Origin: a virus
Taxonomy: Duplodnaviria; Heunggongvirae; Uroviricota; Caudoviricetes
Direction: 5' to 3' (one strand)
Length of the DNA: 64,000 nt
Virus record (IMG/VR): IMGVR_UViG_3300029718_000386
A program made the position numbers and the translations under genes. Within the stretch, counting starts at the first letter, position 1. The number at the start of each line of letters is the position of its first letter. Below, piece by piece: positions 9,821 to 19,916 of the stretch. The notes beneath the pieces were generated by a model. The model was given only the letters and a program-made list of their open reading frames with translations. It was not told where the DNA came from and did no database searches.

Positions 9821-10756
9821 TTAAATGGAGCGCATTCTCTTGATTGTGTCAAGAATAGTCGCTCGATCATCAGGCGTCGGATCGTCAAGATAACGACACA
9901 GCGTTGCAATCAGCTCATTCAGGGTCAAATCATCGCTGACCAAGTTGTTCTTGTAGTCTCTGCCTTTCATTTTCTTAACGAAAGTGATGAATCCAGGGTT
10001 GTCGATAACATCGATAACATTTTGCCCTCTAAACGAGCCGTAAGGGAAGTTTGCCATCAGACACTTCTCAAGGTGTTTTTCGTCATCAGACAAAATAACA
10101 TCCGTTGTGTCGGGCTCGCTTTCATCATCTTCTACCACAGGCGGGAACAGATGCTCCGGCTGCGCCTCATCGATTACAGGTACTTCTTGAACTTCCTCTT
10201 CTTTGAACTTGCCCGTTTTCTTCTTTCTCGAAGTTTTGGGCTTTACATCACCAGTTACATCAGAATCAGCTTTTACCGCATTCCGACGGTCAATGAGAGG
10301 CCCGTCAACGGGCTTTTCTCCCTCGTCAAACATCTGCTCTTCCCGAATGGAAAACCCTGCAGAACCCAAGCAGCGGGCCTTTGCAATGGTCTCACATCTT
10401 TCCAAAGCAGACGGGTCAGAGTCCTGGTAAGCACTTGCCTGCCCTGTCGCTACGGGGAACGTAATCTGATTTTCTGTTCCGGGGAACAATACCTCTGTCA
10501 AAGTGGCCTTCTGAATAATCATGTTGTTACTGAACTTTTGCAGCTCCGTTGTCAATGACATGACTTTCTTTGTCTCTTCTACATAGAGATTAAACCACAG
10601 CTGACGTGCCCAGGCAGGAAGATACTTTACCTTTTTGGTAATTTCCTGACCGAACTTGTCTGTCCCGATTTGGGTGCCGGTCTCGAGATAGTCAACCGGG
10701 TTAAAATCAGAGACTTTTCTTGTCAGCACCAATTGTTCCGTCTTCTTTTTTGCCAT
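9821..10756 (-). CDS. Hypothetical protein with an acidic C-terminal half.
   Basis: 311 aa with RBS AAGGAGA. Given the SSB, primase and helicase neighbours, a Rad52/Erf-like ssDNA-annealing role is possible, but the sequence does not establish it. Confidence 0.4.
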   Translation of the reverse strand: MAKKKTEQLVLTRKVSDFNPVDYLETGTQIGTDKFGQEITKKVKYLPAWARQLWFNLYVEETKKVMSLTTELQKFSNNMIIQKATLTEVLFPGTENQITFPVATGQASAYQDSDPSALERCETIAKARCLGSAGFSIREEQMFDEGEKPVDGPLIDRRNAVKADSDVTGDVKPKTSRKKKTGKFKEEEVQEVPVIDEAQPEHLFPPVVEDDESEPDTTDVILSDDEKHLEKCLMANFPYGSFRGQNVIDVIDNPGFITFVKKMKGRDYKNNLVSDDLTLNELIATLCRYLDDPTPDDRATILDTIKRMRSI

Positions 10757-10789
10757 ATTTGTTTCTCCTTACTAAAAAAATAAATCATA

Positions 10790-12395
10790 TACAAAGTGAA
10801 TTACCACGTCTGACAGTCGCACACGCCAGTCAGGCGTGGCTTATGTTTTAAGCGACATGCAGCATTCACAGCTGTTCTATCCGCAGAGCGGACTACATGT
10901 TAAAAATATTTGTTAAGATATCCGGTCTTTCAAAGTTCACTTGCGTAAACAAATCCGGCAGCGCTTTTCTGCCAATATTGGCAGCAGCGTTCAGATCTGC
11001 ATTGATAATGGAGTCGTCTTGGTTACAATAAAGCCCTCTTTTTATGCGCCTGCCGGAGAACTTCAATGCATCATATTCTTCTTCTGATTGCTCTCCATAC
11101 ACCGGAATGTCATCTTTGTACTTAAAAGATGCCTGCGATGTAAAAGACTCTTCTTGATAAAGAATATTGATGCCATACTGCACAGCACGATACGCAATGA
11201 ACTTTTTAAGCAGATCAAACGGAATACCAACAAAACTTTGGTTGTTCTTTTTATCCATTTTGCTTGACTGTTTCCAGCCTTTGGTAGATCCAAGAATAAT
11301 TGTGTCAACATGATGATCTAAAGCATACTTGATGATATAGTCTGCGTATTTATGCATTACATCACGCATGAAGTTGTTTCTGTTGACCCAATTCTTCTGG
11401 TAGAGATCTAACAAAACGCCTTGGTCCTTTGCACTTTGCATTTGAGCATTTAGTTTGTTGAACCATTGATTTTTGGATTTTACAATTCCGCCCTTGATTA
11501 ACAGACCTTTATGGCCAAAGTTATTCGATATAGCTGCGAGATTGTCAACACCAAAATCAATGGCAATACAACGCTCCGGTTTATCAAAAATAATTCGCTC
11601 GTTGTTGTCATCTTGTTCAATTGGCTCAAATGCATTTGGAATTTCAAAAACAAAAGAAATGTAAAACACGTTAAAGTACGGTTTAATTGTTACAAATTTC
11701 AAACGACCAACAGGCGTTGTAATTTGACAAACTTCTTTTGTTCTTGGAAACTTTACAAAACAGATGCTATCTTGTTCTTTGACAACACATTCTTGATTAG
11801 ACAAACTGGCCGTGCACATACCGCCAGGCTTCTTGTAACCCGGTAGGCGCGGCGCGCCTGTAAAGGCTTGCTTATTCTTTGCGTATGCTTTGCAGCTTTT
11901 GCAATAGCCTTTCATATCCTGTACGGCTTGCTTAATTGTCTGTTGTGCTGTATGCCTCGGTAAATGTTGTGCGAAATAATCCACATTGCTGTTGTCGTGC
12001 AATAGTTTGTTCAACATACCGTATGACAAAAACCACTTCTTTGCCGTGGGCATACGATACGACGGATTGCAGTCTGTAAAATCTTTTAATTCATTTAAGA
12101 TTTCTTGCTCATTTGAAGTGATTGATTGTGGTAAACATTCCAACTTCTGCAATCCGGTCATTGTCTGTCGCATACGAAACAAGACAGCATTGTAAAGATT
12201 ATTTGCTGCATGGCAAACATCAGAACAATATGCATACAACTGATGCGTGTCTTTGATTTCTACCCGTAGAGTTTTGTACATACTACACCTCCTTTCTTAA
12301 GACTTTCACTTATTAATACTGCATTCGCAGAAAAACTTAAAATGCGCATTCATCCACGTCTGAGTCGTTGTTCAGGCGTGGTGTTCTGCGCAAAA
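10790..12395 (-). mobile_element. IS200/IS605-family tnpB-only element (IS1341-like). No tnpA anywhere in the window.
   Basis: Near-identical imperfect-palindrome hairpins flank the gene. 12354..12381 is ccacgtctga-N8-tcaggcgtgg and 10804..10839 is ccacgtctga-N16-tcaggcgtgg. The same single T/G mismatch in both is typical of IS200/605 subterminal structures. Confidence 0.5.
10893..12281 (-). CDS. tnpB: TnpB-like protein (RuvC-like, IS605 OrfB family) with an apparently degenerate RuvC-II glutamate and a lost C-terminal zinc finger.
   Basis: RuvC-I IAIDFGVDNLAA (Asp present). RuvC-III INADLNAAANIGRKA (Asp present). The region expected to read ...IVIEDLNVKGM instead reads TIILGSTKGW, with no acidic residue. 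The canonical TSxxCxxCG...CxxCG is replaced by TSQASFKYKDD...RGLYCNQ. RBS GAAAGGAGG. Confidence 0.75.
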   Translation of the reverse strand: MYKTLRVEIKDTHQLYAYCSDVCHAANNLYNAVLFRMRQTMTGLQKLECLPQSITSNEQEILNELKDFTDCNPSYRMPTAKKWFLSYGMLNKLLHDNSNVDYFAQHLPRHTAQQTIKQAVQDMKGYCKSCKAYAKNKQAFTGAPRLPGYKKPGGMCTASLSNQECVVKEQDSICFVKFPRTKEVCQITTPVGRLKFVTIKPYFNVFYISFVFEIPNAFEPIEQDDNNERIIFDKPERCIAIDFGVDNLAAISNNFGHKGLLIKGGIVKSKNQWFNKLNAQMQSAKDQGVLLDLYQKNWVNRNNFMRDVMHKYADYIIKYALDHHVDTIILGSTKGWKQSSKMDKKNNQSFVGIPFDLLKKFIAYRAVQYGINILYQEESFTSQASFKYKDDIPVYGEQSEEEYDALKFSGRRIKRGLYCNQDDSIINADLNAAANIGRKALPDLFTQVNFERPDILTNIFNM

Positions 12396-12454
12396 TAAAA
12401 GAAACCGACCCTTCAAATGCAAAAAAATAACATAAGAAGAGTCGGTGACTCAAT

Positions 12455-12490
12455 TTCATATATAACTTTATATTTAAGTTATACCACAGC
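12455..12490 (-). promoter_or_regulatory. Sigma-70-like promoter facing the tnpB element.
   Basis: Minus strand reads TTGACA-taactattttgctgtgg-TATAAC (17-bp spacer). Confidence 0.35.
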
Positions 12491-12497
12491 AAAATAG

Positions 12498-13324
12498 TTA
12501 TGTCAAGCGCGCAATTTTGCGTTTAATATGCTTTTTTGTTTTGTTCACTTCACCAATCATAATTGGAGAAGAAACGATACAATTAGTATGCTTGCCAACG
12601 AACTTATTGCCGCCTACGAAGCAGTATTGACACATTCCCTTGCAAGTATTTGGCAAACCCATATCAAAAACATCAATGTTTGCATCCTTTGAAACACCAC
12701 AGTGACACAGAATACTGCGCATAAGCTTTACAACTGAATTTTTTGTGCCTTTCGCGTAAACTGTAATTTGATATTTTTGTGCTATTTCTTGCATTTTAGA
12801 AAGCATTTTTGTTTTTGCGCCCATATCAACAACAGCAGAATACAGGCAAGCATGTATCGGTTGCTCAAAAGGTTCAACAAATTCAACGATGCACGCCCTA
12901 ACCGCACCGGATAGCTTTTGACACAAACTATCGAATTTCTTGAGATGATATTTCTCGCTATATTCATTATTGATGATAATCGGAGAATACTTCCAGACGA
13001 CACGGTGCGGATATTTCTTACCCAGTAATACCAGATCTTCTAAAACTTGTTTCTTATTAAGCCCCGGTTCCACATCTGCCTTATATGGCGTCAACGTAAC
13101 CATCGCTACAGATTGATATCCAAGCCTATCCAGATACTCAAAATCTTCAAAGAGATTATGCGGATCTTTAGTTTGAAAAACAACCAATTCAAAATTTTTG
13201 GGACTCAATTCGTAGATATTGTTTAATTTCTCTGTTTCAACCGCAAAATAGCCATCGTCAAACCTTTTTTGCAACCAGCCGTTGTAAAAACGAACTAAAT
13301 CAGTATTGTTACTTACATTTAAAA
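12498..13324 (-). CDS. Hypothetical protein with a C-terminal CxxxCxxC motif.
   Basis: Start MILNVSNN (RBS GAGG). The upstream part of the track ORF contains a terminator hairpin and is unlikely to be coding. Motif CKGMCQYC near the C-terminus. Confidence 0.4.
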
Positions 13325-13339
13325 TCATAAACAACCTCA

Positions 13340-13372
13340 AAACGAACTGGGACAAAGACATTGCCCTGTCCC
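13340..13372 (-). terminator. Terminator for gene 13505..13903.
   Basis: CTGGGACAaagacattgcccTGTCCCAG hairpin, followed on the minus strand by TTCGTTTTGAGG. Confidence 0.4.
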
Positions 13373-13504
13373 AGGAAAACAGGAACGCATTCATAGATAA
13401 ATAGTGTGTAGACAGATAACTTATGGTTGCCACTTTAAGAACATAATCTCTTTCATAGCTGACAATCCCCGCTGTGGCAAAACGGTTCTTTATGAATGCC
13501 TCGG

Positions 13505-13903
13505 TTAATAAGCAACAGCCGAATATTGCTCATTGCCGACCTGATAGTGAACATACAATCGGTACTTCCCCGCAATATCAATAACGGGCTTTTTCTCGAT
13601 TGAAAGGCTCGTTCCAGTTCCAGTTGCGGTCCAGTCACGCTTTGTAACGTAAGTTGTACCCTCTTTCTTCTGCAAATACATATTAATTGTAATTTTGCAT
13701 TTCGATTTGGCGCTGACGCTTGCGAAACATGTGGCGGTAATGCCGGATTTATCTAACGACTCAGCGTGTGAGCTGATGTGTACAAAGCGCTGTTCAATGT
13801 CTGAATTATCAACAGCTCCAGATTCTCCGGCGTATGCCGTTAGATTTACCACGCTTGTTAACATAATGAACAATGCAACTAAAAAAGAAACGATTTTTTT
13901 CAC
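13505..13903 (-). CDS. Small secreted protein.
   Basis: 132 aa with an N-terminal signal peptide (MKKIVSFLVALFIMLTSVVNLTAYA). Confidence 0.4.
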   Translation of the reverse strand: MKKIVSFLVALFIMLTSVVNLTAYAGESGAVDNSDIEQRFVHISSHAESLDKSGITATCFASVSAKSKCKITINMYLQKKEGTTYVTKRDWTATGTGTSLSIEKKPVIDIAGKYRLYVHYQVGNEQYSAVAY

Positions 13904-13958
13904 TTCAAATCCTCCGTTTTCATATTATAATATCTGTTATTTTGTAATGATTGTGAAA

Positions 13959-14606
13959 TTATTGAACACCATCAGCAATCTTGCACATTATATTCTGATC
14001 TATATGAGCGCTAACTGTACCGGTAATAATGTAGATATAATCATTTTTATACTCTACAATTCGCATAGTTTGTGGTTGCGTTGTGCTTTCTAAAACAATA
14101 CGTGACCCTGTGTTCTCAATTTCTTTATATCCTTCTAAATCAATAGAAACATTTACTCTTTTACGGCATTTTTCCACCTGGAACCATTCATTGCTATCAT
14201 AAACATAATGTCTGCTGATCATTGACGATGTGTTTGTTTTATGGTTGCACACAAATCCATTAGGCACATATTCTATCTGAATTTCGCTAACGCTGTCGCC
14301 TTTTGTATCTGAACTGAAAATTAGAATGTTGGATAAGGTACTGCGTGTAATAAGATTTTTGCCTTCAGGAACGAACGCGATACAAGAAACAAATGCTCCT
14401 GCAATTAGGATGATGGCAATTGCAATAGCGACGATGCGTTTTGTAACAAAATGCTTTTTTACACTATTTGGCTTTGTTTGGTTGAAAATAGCCCTATGCA
14501 AATGTTCATATGTTCCATATGGAATTGGCTTTTCTGATTGTTGTTGGTGTTTAACTTCATCATATTGTGCGATGATTGCAGACTTCCGAACATCTTCATC
14601 TTTCAA
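13959..14606 (-). CDS. Putative anti-sigma factor: single-pass membrane protein with an extracytoplasmic C-terminal domain.
   Basis: Its start overlaps the sigma gene stop (ATGA), as expected for translational coupling. One TM segment (IVAIAIAIILIAGAFVSCIAFV) after a cytoplasmic N-terminal 50 aa. Confidence 0.4.
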   Translation of the reverse strand: MKDEDVRKSAIIAQYDEVKHQQQSEKPIPYGTYEHLHRAIFNQTKPNSVKKHFVTKRIVAIAIAIILIAGAFVSCIAFVPEGKNLITRSTLSNILIFSSDTKGDSVSEIQIEYVPNGFVCNHKTNTSSMISRHYVYDSNEWFQVEKCRKRVNVSIDLEGYKEIENTGSRIVLESTTQPQTMRIVEYKNDYIYIITGTVSAHIDQNIMCKIADGVQ

Positions 14607-15118
14607 TGTTTTAACTCCTCTCTCATATTCTTTTTTGCAATTTGTAATCTTTTGCGTACATAACTACTCTTCAGTCCATACATCGCTCCGATTTCTTTGC
14701 TTGTATAACCGTAAATGTAAGACAGATATACGAAAACGCGGTCTAATTCCGGTAAGCGCTTGATAATATCACTTAGTTCGCCACCGTTCTCGTTTGGCAT
14801 TTCCGCAATCTCTGCACATACATCCAGTGAGATATTTTGGCTACTTTGCCTACTTACTCGATGATAGTATGTAATTGCAAACCCGTTTGCAACAGTCGCT
14901 ACATAATTTTTGGTTGACTCCGACTCAACAGATTCCAGGGCGTCAATATGTTTGATAAGATACAGAAATATATCTTGCAGACAATCCTCGACATCTTCCC
15001 TGCCATTAATTCGTCGCGTAACCACCGAGTAGATCAGACGCATGTATTTGTTGTATAAAGCGTCGAACAATTGTTTGTTTGTGCTCTCCACTTTGTTTTT
15101 GTCCACTATATCACCCAA
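14603..15118 (-). CDS. ECF-type sigma-70 family RNA polymerase sigma factor.
   Basis: Region-2-like DCLQDIFLYLIKH and a region-4 HTH (GYTSKEIGAMYGLKSSYVRKRLQIAKKNM). TTG start. Confidence 0.7.
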   Translation of the reverse strand: MGDIVDKNKVESTNKQLFDALYNKYMRLIYSVVTRRINGREDVEDCLQDIFLYLIKHIDALESVESESTKNYVATVANGFAITYYHRVSRQSSQNISLDVCAEIAEMPNENGGELSDIIKRLPELDRVFVYLSYIYGYTSKEIGAMYGLKSSYVRKRLQIAKKNMREELKH

Positions 15119-15186
15119 CTATTAATACCCCAATTTTTAGAAAAAAGAAAAAAGTCAACATCCAAAATGGACGCTGACTTCTATTA

Positions 15187-17355
15187 TCATGCACAAAACT
15201 CTTTTCTTATTCTCTGCATTAGCAATCCATTCCTTTTGGATGTACGATTGTTTGCAATAGTTTTAGAAATTTGTTCAGGATCACCGACAAGATACATTTT
15301 CTTTCTCGCTCTTGTTACTGCAGTGTAAAACAAATTACGTCGTAGCATGCTTTGATTTTCCTGCGACACCGGCATAATCACAGTCTGAAATTCACTACCC
15401 TGTGATTTATGTACAGTAATACAATACGCAAGCCCAATTCCAAGATCGATGGCATCATCCACAGTGAAATGCTCCTCGCCCGTTTCAAAATCACACACCA
15501 AAGTGTTGTTGCGCGATTCCGTTACGATTCCAATATCTCCATTTCGAACCGTCTTTGTGTTCTTAGAACAAATCACTTTGTCTCCGCGCTTGAAGACAAA
15601 TCCGTTTGCTCGAAAGCAACCGGCAGAATTTCCGGGATTTAATTTGTCTTGAACGATCTTATTAAGCTGATTCGTGGCCAACTCTCCCTTAATGCGCATT
15701 GGGCAGATACACTGAACCTCTAAAAGGTTGCCTACCTTGCGAACTTCCATTTGGTAAATACCAGCGACCAGCTTGGCAATTTTTTCTGTCTCTGTCTCTT
15801 GAACAATGAAGAAGTCTTCACCGGTACTTAAATTCTGACGTCCGTGAAGAATGCGATCAGCATTCATTATAATATTAGAGTCTTTAGCCTGTCTGTAAAT
15901 GAATTTTAATTTCACAACGGGCACACAGTAGGACTCAATCATATCTGAAAGTACATTACCGGAGCCGACGCTTTCCAGCTGGTTTGGGTCTCCAATAAAG
16001 TACAGACGACAGGACGGTTTGAGCTTCTGCAGCAGTCTGTAAATAATGCTAATGTCACACATGGATGTTTCATCAATAAACACAGCGTCTGCATCTATTT
16101 TTTCATCATCCATATAAACATCGACCGCTTCAGTGTCCTCATCTTCAATTCCAAGGTGCAGCAGTGAGTGTAATGTTGAAGCCTCTCTTGATGTAGCTTC
16201 TGACATTCGTCTTGCCGCACGACCAGTAGGAGCTGCAAGAACAATCTTTGAGCGACCCAAATGTTCCAGTGTCTGAATTGTCGCGTTCAACACAGTTGTT
16301 TTACCTGTACCGGCAGAGCCCGTAATAATGGCTACTGGGTTATTCACCACGGTTTCAACGGCAAGCCTTTGGCTATCTGCCAGTTTGAACGCCGAATTGG
16401 AATCGAAAAGGTCGAGTTCAGCCTGGATTTTTTCCAGACTAATTTTCTTAAAATTGCTTACAAGTTTGCGATGCAGCTCTTCGGCAATGAACTTCTCACA
16501 ATCGTAATAAAAAGCATCGTAGATCCTCAATTCATCTTTGCCTTTTTCGGCCTTGATCTTATGCTTCTTATTAAGTAAGTTCATATATCCTTTTATACAT
16601 GCAGCGTCCACTAAGTAAGCATCGTCTACCACGCCATCATTGAGTGTCGCAATTGACTTTTCAAGCAGCACTTGCGCATTCACATAGGTGTGACCCCTTG
16701 AGAGCAGCTGTTGCAGCGTATACTCGACGCCATAAAACATTCTATCGTCAAGATTGAGCAACTCCGGTTTATCTGATTGCATCTGCAGCACAATCGAATT
16801 ACATACCCTAAAGGGTAAATTGATTCCGGCTGTATAAATGGCCGCAAACGGATTGGAAAAGAACTCACATTCGTCAAAAGCCGAAGCGATCTTGTGAATT
16901 TTGGCCTTTTTAATTACGCCAAAACCTGCCAGTCGTTTAATAAATGCACCTTTACCATCCGCTGTTTGTTGTTTGTTGGCTATCTCGACGATTTCTGCTG
17001 CGTGAGAAGCGGAGTATCTTTGCATTATCCCTAAATCAGAAAAAACGCCATAATCCGCCCCGTATTCAGCCAGGATTTTTAACGCTTTAATTTTTCCAAT
17101 TCCTGGAAATGTGCGCGCATAAGAGACGAACACATCGTCTTGTGCCAATCTCTCATACGTCCAAGACAACACATTGAAGCCCTTACGATCCTCTGTGTAT
17201 GACCCAATAGCGTTAATTGCTACACCCTGTGTATTTGGTAAATCACCGAATAGATACACGCGCTCTTTTAACTTAAGCGTTGTTCCGATAACCACATTTT
17301 TTCTTTTATTGATGTATTCAATCAAGAATGTGGCAGAAACTTCTTTAGACCCCAC
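15187..17355 (-). CDS. RecD-like / TraA-like SF1 DNA helicase (RecD2 family).
   Basis: Walker A GSAGTGKTT, second P-loop-like APTGRAARR, Walker B VFIDETSM, and a C-terminal CITVHKSQGSEF...YTAVTRAR motif. GTG start with RBS GAAAGGAGG. Confidence 0.75.
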   Translation of the reverse strand: MGSKEVSATFLIEYINKRKNVVIGTTLKLKERVYLFGDLPNTQGVAINAIGSYTEDRKGFNVLSWTYERLAQDDVFVSYARTFPGIGKIKALKILAEYGADYGVFSDLGIMQRYSASHAAEIVEIANKQQTADGKGAFIKRLAGFGVIKKAKIHKIASAFDECEFFSNPFAAIYTAGINLPFRVCNSIVLQMQSDKPELLNLDDRMFYGVEYTLQQLLSRGHTYVNAQVLLEKSIATLNDGVVDDAYLVDAACIKGYMNLLNKKHKIKAEKGKDELRIYDAFYYDCEKFIAEELHRKLVSNFKKISLEKIQAELDLFDSNSAFKLADSQRLAVETVVNNPVAIITGSAGTGKTTVLNATIQTLEHLGRSKIVLAAPTGRAARRMSEATSREASTLHSLLHLGIEDEDTEAVDVYMDDEKIDADAVFIDETSMCDISIIYRLLQKLKPSCRLYFIGDPNQLESVGSGNVLSDMIESYCVPVVKLKFIYRQAKDSNIIMNADRILHGRQNLSTGEDFFIVQETETEKIAKLVAGIYQMEVRKVGNLLEVQCICPMRIKGELATNQLNKIVQDKLNPGNSAGCFRANGFVFKRGDKVICSKNTKTVRNGDIGIVTESRNNTLVCDFETGEEHFTVDDAIDLGIGLAYCITVHKSQGSEFQTVIMPVSQENQSMLRRNLFYTAVTRARKKMYLVGDPEQISKTIANNRTSKRNGLLMQRIRKEFCA

Positions 17356-17393
17356 AGCAACCTCCTTTCTTTGATGTTAAAACAAAAAACAGA

Positions 17394-17615
17394 TTATGCC
17401 ATGAGTTCTCGGCTCATGCGCTCGACAATTTCCTGATACTGATAGTTATCAGCAATATTACAGTCGTGATTTTCCAGAAACTCATCTGCGACCTCTGCAG
17501 GGTCAATCTGATCCGCAACAGTATCGTCAGCATACTCCTCAATGGCGCGAGCTGCATCCTCTGTTGCGAAATTCTTGCGCACCTTATAGAAAATATCAAG
17601 TTCTTCGTTATTCAT
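17394..17615 (-). CDS. Small acidic hypothetical protein.
   Basis: 73 aa with RBS AGGAGGA. Confidence 0.3.
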   Translation of the reverse strand: MNNEELDIFYKVRKNFATEDAARAIEEYADDTVADQIDPAEVADEFLENHDCNIADNYQYQEIVERMSRELMA

Positions 17616-17737
17616 AAAAATTTCCTCCTAAAAAAAATTAAGTTTATACTTTAATGACAAAAAAGCAGCCATCCCATCAAAGAGATAACTGCAAAAAATA
17701 AGTATAACACTATAATTATATCACGATTTTACCAAAA

Positions 17738-17772
17738 GAAAAAACGGCGCAACAATGCGCGCCGTTTCAAGC
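17738..17772 (-). terminator. Terminator after gene 17772..18458.
   Basis: ACGGCGCaacaatGCGCGCCGT hairpin followed on the minus strand by TTTTTTCTTTTGG. Confidence 0.5.
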
Positions 17773-18458
17773 TATTTTTCGTCAAAGCAAGAGACATCAT
17801 GCAAATCCTGGATATATTGTTTTGCCTCAGGAGAAATCTGATCAACATCAACCGGGAGAACAGAAATTAACGATGCATTATTAAACACAACCGGACTGCT
17901 GTGACGAAAATGGAACATGGCGACACACGGCTGACCTTCGACGTATTTCATCGTGGCATCTCGCGTCTTTTTGCTTAATGACCGCCATTTAAAATCGTAA
18001 GCAAACTGCAAATCAATTTTGTCGTTTGCGTTTTCACTGTCATTTTCCGACACAGTTTTTGTAAGCAGCACGCACTCGTCTGGTACAGAGAGATTTGTGA
18101 TTTTGAATCGATAAATTCTGCTGTTTGTAATTCCGTATCCGATATGAGAGCGCTTAGAGCCTAAACAAATCATTTCCGCATAGGCAATCTCGCTCTTTTT
18201 CATCGCCAAATGCAATGTTGCAAACTGCCAGATGCAGTAAGCAACAGCAACGCCAAATAAGATCAAATAGTAATAGTTTTTGGTCGTTACCGAAATTACA
18301 ATCCCCGCAATAGTGAGCAGGAAGGCGCCACCCAAGTGCAACCAGCACCGCAATGCCAAACGTCCGTCAAAATCGTTTTTATTGTATTTCCCATGCAAGT
18401 TTTCAAACTGAGATTGGATCGATTGAGTCTCTGAGGCGTTTTCTTTTTTACTGTGCAT
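17772..18458 (-). CDS. Membrane protein (two TM helices).
   Basis: 228 aa with RBS AAGGGGGC. Hydrophobic segments GGAFLLTIAGIVISV and YYYLILFGVAVAYCIW. Confidence 0.35.
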   Translation of the reverse strand: MHSKKENASETQSIQSQFENLHGKYNKNDFDGRLALRCWLHLGGAFLLTIAGIVISVTTKNYYYLILFGVAVAYCIWQFATLHLAMKKSEIAYAEMICLGSKRSHIGYGITNSRIYRFKITNLSVPDECVLLTKTVSENDSENANDKIDLQFAYDFKWRSLSKKTRDATMKYVEGQPCVAMFHFRHSSPVVFNNASLISVLPVDVDQISPEAKQYIQDLHDVSCFDEK

Positions 18459-19302
18459 CTTGTGCCCCCTTACTCAACGGTGTAACACTCAACTCTCCGT
18501 TAATTCCTGTTTGATTGTAGATCAACCGATTGGTTGTAGAATATGCAACGGCATTCATATTGTCGTTTGTTCCGGTCAAATAGATAACGAATTGTTCCAA
18601 GATAGACTCGTCTTGTAAACTTACAGAACTTCTTACCGCGCTTGTTTCTGTTTCATTATCTTCTCCGTCTACATGATGATGCAGAATGTCGTCGATTTTT
18701 GCTGTGACTTTGCCGTTTTCATCATAAGAAGTCAGCGACTTCTTGTTCATTGTAAGTACAACTAAATTATTCGGATCAATAGCACCAGAATCCACAAAAA
18801 AGGCATCTGTGAATTCCTGCTTATCTTTGATATTCAGCGCTTTAAATGCGTTATTCACGCCAACTGCAATATCGTATTTTCCTGTGAACACATCTCGACA
18901 TCCGGTTGTGTAATATACTGTATAAGTATAAGTACCGTCTTTATTGATGTCAAATGTTGTTACGGTTAAAGCTTCGTTTGTGTATGAATACGTGTTGAAC
19001 TTATTGAGCGGCTTATGGTATTCTACCTTGATTTGACCGTAATCTGTATCACAATACATGCCATCGGATTTAATATAATAAAGATTGCCGTCCTTATCTT
19101 TTGTGGTGTATTCTTGACCAGGCTTTGCCGTCACCGTTGTATAAGTATCGTAGTCAATTTTGATGCTTTTATTATTGTTTGTCTTAATGAATAACGCTCC
19201 GAGGATCGCTACAATTAAAACACCAACGACAATGCCAATGATTACGACATTCTTATTGCCATTGTATTTGTTGCTTCGCTGTGATTGCTTGTCATTCGCC
19301 AT
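18448..19302 (-). CDS. N-terminally membrane-anchored extracellular protein.
   Basis: 284 aa with RBS AAGGGTGAGG. TM VVIIGIVVGVLIVAILGALFI. Overlaps the next gene by 11 nt. Confidence 0.35.
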   Translation of the reverse strand: MANDKQSQRSNKYNGNKNVVIIGIVVGVLIVAILGALFIKTNNNKSIKIDYDTYTTVTAKPGQEYTTKDKDGNLYYIKSDGMYCDTDYGQIKVEYHKPLNKFNTYSYTNEALTVTTFDINKDGTYTYTVYYTTGCRDVFTGKYDIAVGVNNAFKALNIKDKQEFTDAFFVDSGAIDPNNLVVLTMNKKSLTSYDENGKVTAKIDDILHHHVDGEDNETETSAVRSSVSLQDESILEQFVIYLTGTNDNMNAVAYSTTNRLIYNQTGINGELSVTPLSKGAQDAQ

Positions 19303-19320
19303 AAATACCTCACCCTTTGC

Positions 19321-19914
19321 TTAGAAAAACGAATTTTCAAATTTAACAGTAGCAATATCACCAAGATAGTGTACGGCGGACACAAAGTCTTGACTCTGAG
19401 ATTGCTTGAAGTAGATCAAGAAATAAAAAGCACTATCATCAGCATTTTGAATTTTACCATTATAATATTCTGTTCCGCCTTTGAAGTAATGCTCATTATA
19501 ATTACAACTGACTGCATACAAGTTGTTCGTGTTGATTTTCTTTGGGTTCAAACCCGCTTTCTTAATTGTATCTTCGCCAACCGCTTGTATTGCTTCTTGT
19601 CCGTGTTTAACAACATATTTACCCGTAAATTGATAGGTTGCGTCATTACCAACCAAAACATAGTCGCCTTGTTCTGTGAGAGACAAGATAAATCCATCAC
19701 CATTGTATTCACGATACAGTTTAGTTTGCTCAACCATTGGCTCACTTGAAGCATCCAACTGCCCAACCGATACTTGCTTGTCTGATTTCGACGATAAATG
19801 CGACTCACCGAATGATACAGCAAAAATCGCCAGAGAAACCAAAAGCACAATGATAACAACCGAAAGTGCCTTGCTTCCCTTTGATTTTTCTTCTGTAAAT
19901 TTTGTCTTTTTCAA
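19321..19914 (-). CDS. N-terminally membrane-anchored extracellular protein.
   Basis: 197 aa with a TTG start and RBS AAGGAG. TM ALSVVIIVLLVSLAIFAVSF. Confidence 0.35.
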   Translation of the reverse strand: MKKTKFTEEKSKGSKALSVVIIVLLVSLAIFAVSFGESHLSSKSDKQVSVGQLDASSEPMVEQTKLYREYNGDGFILSLTEQGDYVLVGNDATYQFTGKYVVKHGQEAIQAVGEDTIKKAGLNPKKINTNNLYAVSCNYNEHYFKGGTEYYNGKIQNADDSAFYFLIYFKQSQSQDFVSAVHYLGDIATVKFENSFF

Positions 19915-19916
19915 AA

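Noticed and set aside
10022-10558. 178-aa plus-strand ORF
   Set aside because: Antisense to the well-supported 9821..10756 gene (RBS, sensible composition). R/L/F-rich shadow frame.
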